Shown: positions 9,464 through 19,204 of the stretch, in pieces
How positions within the stretch are numbered: position 1 is the first letter of the stretch
Layout: every line of letters starts with the position of its first letter
Source of the DNA: a bacterium
GTDB taxonomy: Bacteria; Muiribacteriota; UBA6191
Direction of reading: 5' to 3'
NCBI GenBank assembly: GCA_036339875.1
Contig: JAYZAC010000105.1
Location: 1-33,060, forward strand
Length of the DNA: 33,060 nucleotides
Made by a program: the position numbers and the translations under genes
The notes under the pieces: generated by a model
The model's database searches: none
What the model saw: only the letters and a program-made list of their open reading frames with translations
What the model was told of the DNA's origin: nothing

Positions 9464-9649
9464 TTACCAACTTGCCTTGTTTACACCTGGTAGCATTAAG
9501 TTCCCGGCCAATTCGCGGAAGCAAATTCGACACATATCATAGCGACGAATATAGCCACGTGGACGCCCACAAACTTTACAACGGTTGTAAGCTCTAGTAG
9601 AGAACTTGGGCTTACGCTTCTGCTTTGCGATCATTGATTTTTTTGCCAT
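9464..9649 (-). CDS. rpsN: 30S ribosomal protein uS14, short zinc-binding (type Z) form
   Basis: 61 aa; [10 protein letters not shown]...[10 protein letters not shown]...PGVNKASW. Confidence 0.97.
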   Translation of the reverse strand: MAKKSMIAKQKRKPKFSTRAYNRCKVCGRPRGYIRRYDMCRICFRELAGNLMLPGVNKASW

Positions 9650-9661
9650 TTGAATCTCCTA

Positions 9662-10210
9662 CTAGCTCTTCTTCCGAACGAACGGAAGACCTAATTTCTC
9701 TAGTAAAGCCAAAGCTTGGTCATTACTTTCTGTTGTTGTTACAAAAGTTAGATTCATACCCCGAACTTTTTCCAAATCATCATAATTAATTTCTGGAAAA
9801 ATAAGTTGCTCCTGGATTCCTAAGTTGTAATTTCCTCGACCATCGAAGGCTTTACGAGACAATCCTTGAAAATCGCGAACTCTAGGTAACGCGGAAGCAA
9901 TAAGTTTAGTGAGAAATGAGTACATTCTATGTCCACGCAACGTCACTTTGCAGCCAATTGGCATGCCTTCTCTAATCTTAAAATTAGAGAGTGACTTACG
10001 CGCTTTGGTAATAACAGGCTTCTGGCCACTTATTACTGCTAATTCACTGGCAGCAGCCTCGATAAGTTTTTTATTATCTTTGGCGTCACCAACCCCAATA
10101 TTGATTACAATTTTTTCAAGTTTCGGGGCTTGCATGATGCTTGTGTGTCCAAACTCTTGCATAAGAGCAGGGCCGATTTCTTTCGTATACTTCTCTTGCA
10201 GTTCCGCCAT
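9662..10210 (-). CDS. rplE: 50S ribosomal protein uL5
   Basis: [58 protein letters not shown]. Confidence 0.98.
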   Translation of the reverse strand: MAELQEKYTKEIGPALMQEFGHTSIMQAPKLEKIVINIGVGDAKDNKKLIEAAASELAVISGQKPVITKARKSLSNFKIREGMPIGCKVTLRGHRMYSFLTKLIASALPRVRDFQGLSRKAFDGRGNYNLGIQEQLIFPEINYDDLEKVRGMNLTFVTTTESNDQALALLEKLGLPFVRKKS

Positions 10211-10213
10211 TAC

Positions 10214-10540
10214 TTACTCCTTATCTAATTGTTCGCCAGACTTTTTAGCCACTCGAACTTTCGTGCCATCTTGTAAACGAGTAAATCCAACCCGAGTAGC
10301 CACATCTTCTTTGGGGTCTACAAGCATTACATTTGAAACGTGTATAGAGGCTTCTCGCTCCTGAATTTCACCCGGTCGACCCTCGCTGCGCTTGACGTGC
10401 TTCTTTACAAGATTTACTCGCTCTACAACGACACGCTGCTTTTTACGATCCACCGAAATGACCTTACCGCGCTTGCGCTTCTCTTTCCCCGCAATAACGA
10501 CGACTTCATCGCCTTGCTTAATCTTCCATTTATCAGCCAT
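10214..10540 (-). CDS. rplX: 50S ribosomal protein uL24
   Basis: KOW motif IKQGDEVVVIAGKEKRKRGKV, EASIHVSNVML. Confidence 0.97.
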   Translation of the reverse strand: MADKWKIKQGDEVVVIAGKEKRKRGKVISVDRKKQRVVVERVNLVKKHVKRSEGRPGEIQEREASIHVSNVMLVDPKEDVATRVGFTRLQDGTKVRVAKKSGEQLDKE

Positions 10541-10548
10541 GACTTACC

Positions 10549-10917
10549 TCAGATAACCTCAGGAGCTAAAGACACAATTTTCATGTAATTTTTAGCTCTA
10601 AGCTCGCGGGCAACTGGTCCGAATACACGGGTACCTCTTGGATTGCCCTGTTTGTCTACTATTACAGCCGCGTTCTCATCAAATCTGATCCAGCTACCAT
10701 CAGGTCTACGAATCTCCTTCTTAGTCCGCACAATAACAGCCCGTACAACATCTTTCTTCTTAACTTGTCCATTGGGTGTAGCTGCCTTGACACTTGCAAC
10801 CACAAGATCTCCAACAGATGCGTATCTGCGCCTCGTACCACCAAGGACCTTGAATGCCATCAATTCGCGAGCACCGCTATTGTCAGCCACTTTCAATTTG
10901 GTCATATCTTGAATCAT
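10549..10917 (-). CDS. rplN: 50S ribosomal protein uL14
   Basis: [41 protein letters not shown]. Confidence 0.98.
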   Translation of the reverse strand: MIQDMTKLKVADNSGARELMAFKVLGGTRRRYASVGDLVVASVKAATPNGQVKKKDVVRAVIVRTKKEIRRPDGSWIRFDENAAVIVDKQGNPRGTRVFGPVARELRAKNYMKIVSLAPEVI

Positions 10918-11186
10918 GAGTTAGCCCCCTGCTCTGTAACAATCTGAACCAACCGATATCGCTTAGTTTTAGAAAGAGGTCTTGTCTCCATGACGTGAAC
11001 TCTGTCGCCGACCTTACATTGATTACTTTCATCGTGGAAAAGCAAAGTCTTTGACCTACGTAAATATTTCTTATACAAAGGATGCTTCTCTGTGTAATCA
11101 ATCCTTAGTTTTGCCGTTTTATCACCGGAAACCTTCTCGACAATACCGAATATTGTTTTTGGTGTAATTCGTTCTGTATTCGCCAT
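10914..11186 (-). CDS. rpsQ: 30S ribosomal protein uS17
   Basis: [33 protein letters not shown] overlap with rplN. Confidence 0.96.
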   Translation of the reverse strand: MANTERITPKTIFGIVEKVSGDKTAKLRIDYTEKHPLYKKYLRRSKTLLFHDESNQCKVGDRVHVMETRPLSKTKRYRLVQIVTEQGANS

Positions 11187-11201
11187 GATTTTTACCCCCG
11201 A

Positions 11202-11390
11202 CTACGCCTTCTGCTCTGTAATTATGGTCAATATTCGACCGATTTCGCGACGCTTGTCTCTTAACTTAGATTTCTTCTCCAACTGCCCAACAGCGTTTTG
11301 AAAACGCAACTGAAAAAGGTCACTTCGAGCCTCCTGCAACTTCTTACCAAGATCCTCTAAGCTCAGTTTACGCAATTCTAAAGCTTTCAT
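11202..11390 (-). CDS. rpmC: 50S ribosomal protein uL29
   Basis: [29 protein letters not shown]. Confidence 0.96.
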   Translation of the reverse strand: MKALELRKLSLEDLGKKLQEARSDLFQLRFQNAVGQLEKKSKLRDKRREIGRILTIITEQKA

Positions 11391-11818
11391 TTTACCTTCT
11401 CCCCACCAACGTCTTTACGTTCTACCACTCGGGCTTTGACCGGTAACTTGTAGGCAGCCATTCGTAGTGCTTCTTTAGCCACCTCAGGCTCGACTCCACC
11501 AACCTCAAAGATAACTCTTCCGGGCTTAATTACAGCTACCCATGAGTCAGGTGAACCCTTCCCCTTACCCATCCGAGTCTCAGCAGGCTTCTTAGTAATC
11601 TGTAACTGTGGAAATATTCGAATCCACAATTTACCACCGCGCTTTAATTTTCGATTGATAGTAACCCTGCAAGATTCTATTTGCTGATTAGTCATCCAGA
11701 ATGAACTAGAAGCCTGCAAGCCGTATTCTCCAAATGCAACGTAGTTGCCCTTTTGAGCTTTGCCTCGAATTTTACCTTTATGAGGTTTTCGAAATTTACT
11801 CTTTTTAGGGATCAGCAT
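11387..11818 (-). CDS. rplP: 50S ribosomal protein uL16
   Basis: [47 protein letters not shown] at 11823-11827. Confidence 0.98.
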   Translation of the reverse strand: MLIPKKSKFRKPHKGKIRGKAQKGNYVAFGEYGLQASSSFWMTNQQIESCRVTINRKLKRGGKLWIRIFPQLQITKKPAETRMGKGKGSPDSWVAVIKPGRVIFEVGGVEPEVAKEALRMAAYKLPVKARVVERKDVGGEKVK

Positions 11819-11841
11819 ATTTCCTCCACAATTAACTTAAG

Positions 11842-11915
11842 TAACACTCACCGTCAAGAGACCACAAGTCTCCTAAAAAAATGAGAGTGCCAGATAATAC
11901 AAGACCTGACACTCT
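11842..11915 (-). promoter_or_regulatory. Structured element in the rpsC-rplP spacer: terminator-like hairpin, U7 tract and second hairpin
   Basis: Minus strand AGAGTGTCAGGT-cttgtatt-ATCTGGCACTCT (12-bp stem with 2 G-U, 11884-11915), then CA and T7 (11875-11881), then TTAGGAGAC-ttgtg-GTCTCTTGA (11854-11876). Confidence 0.6.
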
Positions 11916-11922
11916 ATGTCTA
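11894..11922 (-). promoter_or_regulatory. Candidate internal sigma70 promoter for rplP and downstream genes
   Basis: -35 TAGACA (11922-11917), 17-nt spacer, -10 TATTAT (11899-11894); each hexamer matches consensus at 5/6. Confidence 0.5.
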
Positions 11923-11934
11923 TCAATATTTAAA

Positions 11935-12645
11935 TTATTTACTACTACGTCTTCGAGGCGTTTTATTGCCAGAAGTACCAGTAACAGCATCCGACTCTCT
12001 ATTTTGAACAGAGCGCGCGAAAACTTCTCCCTTGTAAACCCAAGCTTTAACACCAATTACTCCATAGGTAGTGTAAGCTTTAGATTGTGCATATTCTATA
12101 TTTGCTCTCAGTGTATGCAAGGGCACTCTACCCTCCATGTAGTGTTCCGTACGAGCCATATCAGCTCCACCTAAACGACCAGAAACCTGAATACGAACAC
12201 CTTTAGAACCAATTCTGCGTGCTCTACCTATCGCCTGCTTCATAGCTTTTCTAAAAGAAACTCTCTTTTCGAGCTGAAACGCGACATTATCTGCAACTAA
12301 TTGAGCATTGTTAGCAAAATCTTTAACTTCTTTAATATTGATAAAAACACTTTGCTGAGCAACACCCTCTAGCTCTTGTCGAAGTTTATCTATCTCACTA
12401 CCAGCGCGACCAATTATCATACCAGGCTTCGCAGTATGAATAGTAACCTTGACTGACTTATCAGTTTTACGATCTATCTGAACGTGAGAGACTCCGTTTT
12501 TGTGAAACTTTTTCTCAATATACTTACGCAACTTCAAATCACTGTGAAGCATTTCAGCATAGTTTTTGCCTTCTCCAAACCATGATGAAGCCCATGTACG
12601 TGTGATTCCACCTCGAAGTGCAATCGGATTAACTTTTTGACCCAT
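11935..12645 (-). CDS. rpsC: 30S ribosomal protein uS3
   Basis: MGQKVNP, PGMIIGRAG, SGRLGGADMAR.E, GRVPLHTLRA, TTYGVIGVKAW. Confidence 0.98.
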   Translation of the reverse strand: MGQKVNPIALRGGITRTWASSWFGEGKNYAEMLHSDLKLRKYIEKKFHKNGVSHVQIDRKTDKSVKVTIHTAKPGMIIGRAGSEIDKLRQELEGVAQQSVFINIKEVKDFANNAQLVADNVAFQLEKRVSFRKAMKQAIGRARRIGSKGVRIQVSGRLGGADMARTEHYMEGRVPLHTLRANIEYAQSKAYTTYGVIGVKAWVYKGEVFARSVQNRESDAVTGTSGNKTPRRRSSK

Positions 12646-12654
12646 GTTTAACTC

Positions 12655-13005
12655 CTACTTCTCGGCCAACACTACGTGAGCATGACTGGTACGCTTACTA
12701 AGACGATCTGCTCGACCACGAGCCCGAGGACGAATCCTCTTCAATGTCACACCTTCATTAACATATATCTGCCCCACCATGAGATTACTTTCATTCAAAC
12801 TCAGATTGTTGACCGCGTTAGCCTTAGCCGACAAAATAAGCTTCTCAATAACAGGGACACCACGCTTCCTAGCTACTTTGAGTATTTGCAAAGCTTCCTC
12901 TACAGATTTACCCCGAACTAGATCCACTATCAACCGCAATTTGCGCGGCGCAATACGCACGTTTCGCACGTAAGCTTCTGGAAGTTTTTCTTTATTGTTT
13001 CCCAT
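12655..13005 (-). CDS. rplV: 50S ribosomal protein uL22
   Basis: RIAPRKLRLIVDLVRGK, SAKANA, KRIRPRARGRA, KRTSH. Confidence 0.97.
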   Translation of the reverse strand: MGNNKEKLPEAYVRNVRIAPRKLRLIVDLVRGKSVEEALQILKVARKRGVPVIEKLILSAKANAVNNLSLNESNLMVGQIYVNEGVTLKRIRPRARGRADRLSKRTSHAHVVLAEK

Positions 13006-13018
13006 TTTATAACCTCTA

Positions 13019-13303
13019 TTACTTTAAAGAGATCTTTCGCTCAGTAAACCCTTGATGCCCTTTGTAGGTGCGGGTAGGAGCGAACTCACCCAACTTGTGA
13101 CCAACCATATTCTCTGTTACATAAACAGGTACATGCTTACGTCCATTATGCACAGCAAAAGTGAAACCAACAAAATCAGGAGTGATAGTACTTCTCCGTG
13201 ACCATGTTTTAATAATTGGTTTACGTTCCTGACCCTTGGATGAATCGACCTTCGCTTGAAGATGTCGATCAACAAAAGGTCCTTTTTTAATTGATCTTGC
13301 CAT
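13019..13303 (-). CDS. rpsS: 30S ribosomal protein uS19
   Basis: [40 protein letters not shown]. Confidence 0.98.
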   Translation of the reverse strand: MARSIKKGPFVDRHLQAKVDSSKGQERKPIIKTWSRRSTITPDFVGFTFAVHNGRKHVPVYVTENMVGHKLGEFAPTRTYKGHQGFTERKISLK

Positions 13304-13305
13304 GA

Positions 13306-14133
13306 CTACTTCTTCCTTTTACTAATTATTAATTTGCCTGAGTACTTCTTCCTATTACGAGTTACGTAACCCCGACATGGTTTACCCCAAGGGGAAACCG
13401 GATGATGTCCAGACTTAGAACGACCCTCACCACCACCGTGTGGGTGATCCTTGGGATTCATTGCCATACCACGTGTTTGAGGACGAATACCTAGCCATCG
13501 GCTACGTCCAGCCTTACCAATAACTATACCCATGTGCTCTTGATTACCAACTACACCCAAAGTAGCCCAGCATTTCGATTGAACGCGACGCATCTCACCA
13601 GAAGGTAGCTTAATTACTGCCATTCCACCTTCAACAGCCATAAGCTGCGCGCCTGTTCCCGCCGAGCGAACCATTTGTCCACCTCTGCCAGGTTTTATTT
13701 CGATGTTATGAATCATGCTTCCTACAGGAATACTGTCCATAGGCATTGCGTTACCAGGCTTAACCTCAACTTCTTGTCCACTAGTTAGAATTTCGCCTAC
13801 TTGGACACCCTTAGGTGCAAGGATGTAACGCTTTTCTCCATCGGCATACTGTAACAAAGCAATATTTGCGCTTCGATTCGGATCATACTCTATAGTTTTA
13901 ACGGTAGCCGGAACATCAATCTTATTTCTTCTAAAATCGATAATTCTGTACCGACGCTTGTGTCCTCCACCCCTATGACGCGATGTTGTTTTTCCACTAT
14001 TATTTCTACCACCACTGCTCTTAAGAGGAGCTAGCAAACTCTTTTCCGGAGCCACCTTACTCAATCCCTCTTGAGACTTGACGGTCATGAATCTCCGTGA
14101 TGGAGTTGTGGGCCTAAAATGCTTAACTGCCAT
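13306..14133 (-). CDS. rplB: 50S ribosomal protein uL2
   Basis: [50 protein letters not shown]. Confidence 0.98.
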   Translation of the reverse strand: MAVKHFRPTTPSRRFMTVKSQEGLSKVAPEKSLLAPLKSSGGRNNSGKTTSRHRGGGHKRRYRIIDFRRNKIDVPATVKTIEYDPNRSANIALLQYADGEKRYILAPKGVQVGEILTSGQEVEVKPGNAMPMDSIPVGSMIHNIEIKPGRGGQMVRSAGTGAQLMAVEGGMAVIKLPSGEMRRVQSKCWATLGVVGNQEHMGIVIGKAGRSRWLGIRPQTRGMAMNPKDHPHGGGEGRSKSGHHPVSPWGKPCRGYVTRNRKKYSGKLIISKRKK

Positions 14134-14144
14134 GTTCCACCACC

Positions 14145-14444
14145 CTATGCATTATCAAACTTCTCAAAGAAATCCAGTGATTCGCCATCTTTGAGAGTTA
14201 CGACTGCTTTCTTCCAGTCAGATTTACGATGAATATGACGTCCAGTACGTTTCGTTTTGCCATGTACTCGTGAAATATTCACATCTACAACTTCTACCCC
14301 AAACATCTTCTCTACAGCCCGTCTCACAGTTTGCTTATTAGCGTCAATGCGGACCTCAAATCTGTACTTATTCAAGTCACTCTCGAAATAAGATTTCTCA
14401 GATAGCAATGGCCTGATCAGTACCTGTGTTAAATCGATACTCAT
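14145..14444 (-). CDS. rplW: 50S ribosomal protein uL23
   Basis: [32 protein letters not shown]. Confidence 0.96.
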   Translation of the reverse strand: MSIDLTQVLIRPLLSEKSYFESDLNKYRFEVRIDANKQTVRRAVEKMFGVEVVDVNISRVHGKTKRTGRHIHRKSDWKKAVVTLKDGESLDFFEKFDNA

Positions 14445-15058
14445 AGCACTACCTCCTCTATCTTAGCGAGGGCACTCTCAAGAACAACCACTTTAGAGTG
14501 GTTTATCAGATCGTGAGGATTAATGTTCTTATAGATTAAGGTTTTAACACCAGGTATGTTGCGAGTTGACAACTCCAACCCCTCCACACGCTCAGGTTCT
14601 ATAAAAAGAACTTTTTCAGCGCCTAAATTATTAATAATAGCAACTGCATCCTTAGTTCTTTTGGATTCTAATGAGATATCCTCGATTACAACTAAACCAC
14701 CACCGCGAGCCTTGTCAGTAAGTATAGATCTAAGAGCTAGTCGTCTTACTTTTTTAGGCATTTTTTTAGTATGGTTTTTACCAGTTGGCCCATGAGCAAC
14801 TCCACCGCCTACCCATACTGGTGAGCTGGTGGAACCCGCACGAGCGCGTCCAGTTCCCTTTTGTTTCCATGGCTTGCGACCACCACCCGCAACTTCGGAG
14901 CGAGTTTTAGTTGACGCATTGGAACGACGCTTGTTAGATAATTGCAACAACAAATATTCTTTTACAGCTTCATAGTTAACTTCAACATCAAAAACTGCAG
15001 GATTAAGTTGCTGCTTACCAGATTCTTTTCCTGTTTTATCGTACTTTAATACTTCCAT
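14441..15058 (-). CDS. rplD: 50S ribosomal protein uL4
   Basis: TKTRSEVAGGGRKPWKQKGTGRARAGS, GGGVAHGP, RNIPGV. Confidence 0.98.
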   Translation of the reverse strand: MEVLKYDKTGKESGKQQLNPAVFDVEVNYEAVKEYLLLQLSNKRRSNASTKTRSEVAGGGRKPWKQKGTGRARAGSTSSPVWVGGGVAHGPTGKNHTKKMPKKVRRLALRSILTDKARGGGLVVIEDISLESKRTKDAVAIINNLGAEKVLFIEPERVEGLELSTRNIPGVKTLIYKNINPHDLINHSKVVVLESALAKIEEVVL

Positions 15059-15068
15059 GACTCTGTCC

Positions 15069-15701
15069 CTACACCTTCACAGCTTCTTGTAAATACAGAA
15101 TACCGTTTTTGTGACCGGGAACCGCTCCACGCAAAAACAATAGATTACGCTCAGAGTCACGTTTAACAATACTCAAGCCCTGCACAGTGCGCTGTACATT
15201 ACCCATCTGTCCAGGCATTTTTACACCTTTCCAAACCTTAGAAGGTGTGGAACAATTACCAATTGAACCTGGAATACGATAACAATGCCCACCATGAGTT
15301 TTATCTCCACGAGCGGAGTTATGTCTTTTCACAACGCCCTGAAAACCACGACCCTTGGTCACACCCGTTACATCTAACTTTTCAATCTCCTGAAACAAAT
15401 CTAGTGTCAGTACATCGCCAACCTTGCAGTCTGCACTCGGAACGGAAAATTCTTTGAGCACTTTAAATGCTCCCGTACCTGCTTTCTGAAAGTGACCCAT
15501 CTGAGGCTTGGCAACTCTTTGCGGTTTCTGCTCGAGATAACCGACTTGAGCCGCACAGTAACCATCAACTTCTTCAGTTTTGATTTGAGTCACTGTACAA
15601 GGTCCAACCTCAACCACTGTCACGGGGATTGCTTCCTTGGTCTCAGCATCAAAGATCTGAGTCATACCAATCTTTTTACCAATCAATCCTTTCGCCATCA
15701 T
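15069..15701 (-). CDS. rplC: 50S ribosomal protein uL3
   Basis: GKKIGMTQIF, PVTVVE, DGY.A.Q, KGRGFQGVVKRH, PGSIG, KMPGQMG, GAVPG. Confidence 0.98.
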   Translation of the reverse strand: MMAKGLIGKKIGMTQIFDAETKEAIPVTVVEVGPCTVTQIKTEEVDGYCAAQVGYLEQKPQRVAKPQMGHFQKAGTGAFKVLKEFSVPSADCKVGDVLTLDLFQEIEKLDVTGVTKGRGFQGVVKRHNSARGDKTHGGHCYRIPGSIGNCSTPSKVWKGVKMPGQMGNVQRTVQGLSIVKRDSERNLLFLRGAVPGHKNGILYLQEAVKV

Positions 15702-15714
15702 GATCCTTTACTGG

Positions 15715-16020
15715 TTATACCTTAATCTTGATATTGACCCCAGACGGAAGATCTAAATGCATTAGAGCTTCTACCGTCATCGATGATGGGTCAGTAACAC
15801 AGATAAGACGTTTGTGAATACGTTGTTCAAATTGCTCCCGGGAATCTTTATTAACGAAAACCGAACGCAAAACCGTTGTTCTATGAATCTTGGTTGGCAA
15901 AGGAATCGGGCCAACTACTTTAGCTCCGGTACGCTTTGCTGCGTTAACGATCTCCTGCGCAGATTGATCCAGGATTCTATGATCGAATGTCTTTAAATAA
16001 ATTTTAATTTTTCGTTTCAT
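15715..16020 (-). CDS. rpsJ: 30S ribosomal protein uS10
   Basis: [38 protein letters not shown]. Confidence 0.97.
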   Translation of the reverse strand: MKRKIKIYLKTFDHRILDQSAQEIVNAAKRTGAKVVGPIPLPTKIHRTTVLRSVFVNKDSREQFEQRIHKRLICVTDPSSMTVEALMHLDLPSGVNIKIKV

Positions 16021-16081
16021 TATTTTAGCCTCTCGATTAGCCTACAGATCGACATCAAAATGCAAACTTATCATTGAATAT

Positions 16082-18184
16082 CTAGGCGTCTGAGGTGCCT
16101 CGCACCTTACTAATTATTTCTTCAGTAATTGTTTTTGGAACCTCTTCATAGTGATCAAAAACCATCGTGAATTGGGCACGACCTTGACTCAATGAACGCA
16201 AAGAAGTGGCATAACCAAACGTCTCTGCAAGTGGCACATAACCTGTCACTAGCTGTGAACCACCGCGAGCCTCCATTTTCTCTATTCGACCTCGACGAGA
16301 ATTGAAGTCCCCAATTATGTCACCCATATAATCCTCAGGCGTGTCGATTTCCATCTTCATGATTGGCTCAAGAATAAAAGGTTGAGCTTTTCTCATACCC
16401 TCTTTCATTGCCATTGATGCTGCGATCTTGAATGCCATTTCATTCGAATCGACATCATGGTAGGAACCGAAGTGAAGTGTTACTTTTACGTTATTTACAG
16501 GAAAACCTGCCAAAACACCCGTATCTAGTGCTTCCCGACAACCCTTTTCAACCGCTGGAATATACTCACGAGGAATAACACCACCGACAATTGCGTTTTT
16601 AAATATGAAACCTTCGCCAGCTTCATCCTCTTCAGATTCTAACTTTTCAATTATCATGTTTACGTGACCATAGTTACCACGACCACCTGATTGCTTGATA
16701 TACTTACCCTCTTGATCAACTTTACCTTTGATCCCTTCTCTGTAAGCAACTTGAGGAGCTCCGACATTTACCTCAACCTTGAACTCGCGTAAGAGACGAT
16801 CCACGATAACCTCAAGATGAAGTTCACCCATGCCAGATAAAATGGTTTGACCAGTTTCATGATCAGTCTTAATCCGCAATGAAGGATCCTCTTCAAGAAG
16901 CTTTCTTATGGCTGTCGTCATTTTTTCTCTATCGTCCTTGGTCTTAGGCTCAATCGAAAGATCAATTACAGGATCAGGAAATTCCATTCGCTCCAAGATC
17001 ACCGGTTTGTCAGGGTCACATAAGGTGTCACCTGTTGTCGTATCCTTCAAACCAACTACTGCGCCGATATTGCCAGCCGTTATCGCAGAAATTTCTTCAC
17101 GAGAATTTGCATGCATCTGAAGCAAGCGACCTATCCGCTCTTTCTTGCCTTTAGTAGAATTACTGGTATACGATCCAGATTCAACTTGGCCTGAATATAC
17201 CCTGATAAAGGTAAGTCGGCCTACATAAGGGTCTGTCATAATTTTGAAAGCGAGCGCGGAAAATGGCTCCTGAATATCAGCCTTTCGATCAACTTCTTCA
17301 TCAGACTTTGGATCTATACCCTTAATTGAAGGTACGTCTAGAGGGCTTGGAAGCAAGCTTACAACGGCATCCAACATAGTTTGAACACCTTTATTCTTGA
17401 AAGCTGTCCCACAGGTCACAGGATGAATCTTACAGGAGATTGTAGCCTCGCGAAGAGCGGCTATTATCCTTTCTTCTGGAATATCCTGCTCTTCTAGAAC
17501 CATCTCCATTAGTTCCTCATCATAGTCGGCAATAGATTCCAACATACCTTCTCGATACAAAGCTGCATCATCTGCCATATCAGCCCTGATTTCGCGCTCT
17601 TCGAAAGCCGCCCCCAGTTCTTCACCTGTCCAGACAACTTCCTTCATGGAAATCAAATCTATTATTCCTTCAAATCTATCTTCTGCACCAATCGGTATTT
17701 GAATGGGAACTGGTCTCGCTCCCAATCGCTCCTTCATCATATCTACTACGTTAAAAAAATCGGAGCCTACCCTGTCCATTTTATTAACGAACGCCATACG
17801 GGGTACACCATATTTTTCGGCCTGACGCCACACACACTCAGATTGCGGCTGAACCCCTCCGACAGCGCAGAAAACTGCTACTGAACCGTCCAGAACCTTA
17901 AGTGATCGCTCCACCTCGATGGTAAAATCTACGTGCCCGGGAGTGTCAATGATATTGATTTTGTGACCATCCCAGCTACAAGTTGTCGCGGCTGAGGTAA
18001 TTGTGATACCACGCTCTTGCTCTTGGGCCATCCAGTCCATGGTCGCATTTCCATCATGGACTTCGCCTATCTTGTAATTCACACCTGTGTAGAACAATAT
18101 ACGCTCAGTAGTAGTAGTCTTACCCGCATCGATGTGCGCCATAATTCCAATGTTTCTAACTTTGTTTAAATCTTCTTTAGCCAT
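16082..18184 (-). CDS. fusA: Elongation factor G
   Basis: [72 protein letters not shown]. Confidence 0.99.
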   Translation of the reverse strand: MAKEDLNKVRNIGIMAHIDAGKTTTTERILFYTGVNYKIGEVHDGNATMDWMAQEQERGITITSAATTCSWDGHKINIIDTPGHVDFTIEVERSLKVLDGSVAVFCAVGGVQPQSECVWRQAEKYGVPRMAFVNKMDRVGSDFFNVVDMMKERLGARPVPIQIPIGAEDRFEGIIDLISMKEVVWTGEELGAAFEEREIRADMADDAALYREGMLESIADYDEELMEMVLEEQDIPEERIIAALREATISCKIHPVTCGTAFKNKGVQTMLDAVVSLLPSPLDVPSIKGIDPKSDEEVDRKADIQEPFSALAFKIMTDPYVGRLTFIRVYSGQVESGSYTSNSTKGKKERIGRLLQMHANSREEISAITAGNIGAVVGLKDTTTGDTLCDPDKPVILERMEFPDPVIDLSIEPKTKDDREKMTTAIRKLLEEDPSLRIKTDHETGQTILSGMGELHLEVIVDRLLREFKVEVNVGAPQVAYREGIKGKVDQEGKYIKQSGGRGNYGHVNMIIEKLESEEDEAGEGFIFKNAIVGGVIPREYIPAVEKGCREALDTGVLAGFPVNNVKVTLHFGSYHDVDSNEMAFKIAASMAMKEGMRKAQPFILEPIMKMEIDTPEDYMGDIIGDFNSRRGRIEKMEARGGSQLVTGYVPLAETFGYATSLRSLSQGRAQFTMVFDHYEEVPKTITEEIISKVRGTSDA

Positions 18185-18192
18185 GATTTCCT

Positions 18193-18666
18193 CTAGAAAC
18201 GGAAGTGAGCAAATGCTCTGTTCGCCTCAGCCATTTTATGAACATTTTCACGTTTTTTCATTGTGGCACCAACGCCCTTGCTTGCGTCTTGTAGCTCTCC
18301 TGCCAATCTTAAATCAAAGGTTTTTTCTTTCCTCTTCCGCGCCTCTGAAACTAACCAGCGTATAGCTAAAGAAGTTTGCCTATCCCATCTGACGCGAACA
18401 GGGACCTGATAATTGGATCCGCCAACTCGCCGAGACTTCACCTCGTTCAAGGGTTTTACATTTTTGATAGCCTGCTCAAATACAGCGAAACCGTTATGCT
18501 CTGGAGCCGACTCCGACAACCTTTCGATAGCTTGGTAAAACAATTTGGATGCTGTAGTCTTTTTCCCATCCAGCATAATTCCGTTGATGAACCTAGTAGC
18601 TAATACACTTTTGTAAACCGGATCAGGCGACAGCTTGCGACGTTCTGCTCTTCTTCTACGTGACAT
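18193..18666 (-). CDS. rpsG: 30S ribosomal protein uS7
   Basis: [38 protein letters not shown]. Confidence 0.98.
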   Translation of the reverse strand: MSRRRRAERRKLSPDPVYKSVLATRFINGIMLDGKKTTASKLFYQAIERLSESAPEHNGFAVFEQAIKNVKPLNEVKSRRVGGSNYQVPVRVRWDRQTSLAIRWLVSEARKRKEKTFDLRLAGELQDASKGVGATMKKRENVHKMAEANRAFAHFRF

Positions 18667-18675
18667 AATTACCTC

Positions 18676-19053
18676 TTATTTATCCTTTGGCCTTTTGGCA
18701 CCGTACTTTGAACGACCTCGCATTCGCTTAGCAACAGCAGCCGTATCCAAAGCACCTCTTACAATGTGATATCGAACACCGGGAAGGTCTTTCACTCTTC
18801 CACCTCGAACCAAAACCACACTATGCTCTTGTAAGTTATGACCTTCACCTGGGATGTAAGCCGTTACTTCTTGACCTGTAGTCAATCGAACTCTGGCAAC
18901 CTTCCTAAGGGCTGAGTTTGGCTTCTTAGGTGTGGTCGTATAAACCCTTACACAAACTCCACGACGCTGGGGACATTTCATCAATGCCGCCGACTTCGTT
19001 TTCTTAAATATTTTTTTGCGTCCTTTGCGAACCAGCTGGTTTATAGTTGGCAC
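18676..19053 (-). CDS. rpsL: 30S ribosomal protein uS12
   Basis: [31 protein letters not shown]; start corrected from 19143 to the GTG at 19053 with GAGGAG SD. Confidence 0.98.
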   Translation of the reverse strand: MPTINQLVRKGRKKIFKKTKSAALMKCPQRRGVCVRVYTTTPKKPNSALRKVARVRLTTGQEVTAYIPGEGHNLQEHSVVLVRGGRVKDLPGVRYHIVRGALDTAAVAKRMRGRSKYGAKRPKDK

Positions 19054-19092
19054 GTTATCTCCTCTATCTTCTTTAAAACTCCAGAAATAGCT

Positions 19093-19118
19093 AAAACGAA
19101 GGGTCCCGAGACCCTCCG
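19093..19118 (-). promoter_or_regulatory. GC-rich hairpin plus U4 in the rpsL 5' leader
   Basis: Minus strand CGGAGGGTC-TCGG-GACCCTTCG (9-bp stem, one G-U) followed by TTTT. Confidence 0.55.
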
Positions 19119-19133
19119 GTAAATGAGCGATGG

Positions 19134-19162
19134 ATAGTAACATAGGGCAAAAGGCAAGTCAA
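19134..19162 (-). promoter_or_regulatory. sigma70 promoter of the rpsL (str) operon, with extended -10
   Basis: -35 TTGACT (19162-19157), 17-nt spacer ending in TGt, -10 TACTAT (19139-19134); A-tract further upstream (~19189-19196). Confidence 0.75.
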
Positions 19163-19204
19163 CAATACAATGTAATGAGTACTGTAAATTTTTTTTACTA
19201 AATA

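Noticed and set aside
11832..12056. 74-aa minus-strand ORF crossing the rpsC-rplP spacer, considered as a leader peptide or frameshifted rpsC tail
   Set aside because: It starts inside rpsC in another frame with no SD or motif, and rpsC has a normal end and TAA stop
16035..16070. Possible promoter TTGCAT...TAGGCT and short TCGAT/ATCGA stem before rpsJ
   Set aside because: 15-nt spacer and only a 5-bp stem; not enough support
18760..18940. Streptomycin-resistance substitutions in uS12
   Set aside because: PKKPNS and GRVKDLPG motifs are wild type
19054..19143. 30-aa N-terminal extension of uS12 in the ORF track; likewise extensions of uS8 (to 9533) and uL6 (to 9069)
   Set aside because: SD-supported starts exist at 19053, 9446 and 9045, and the extensions overlap the promoter or upstream genes
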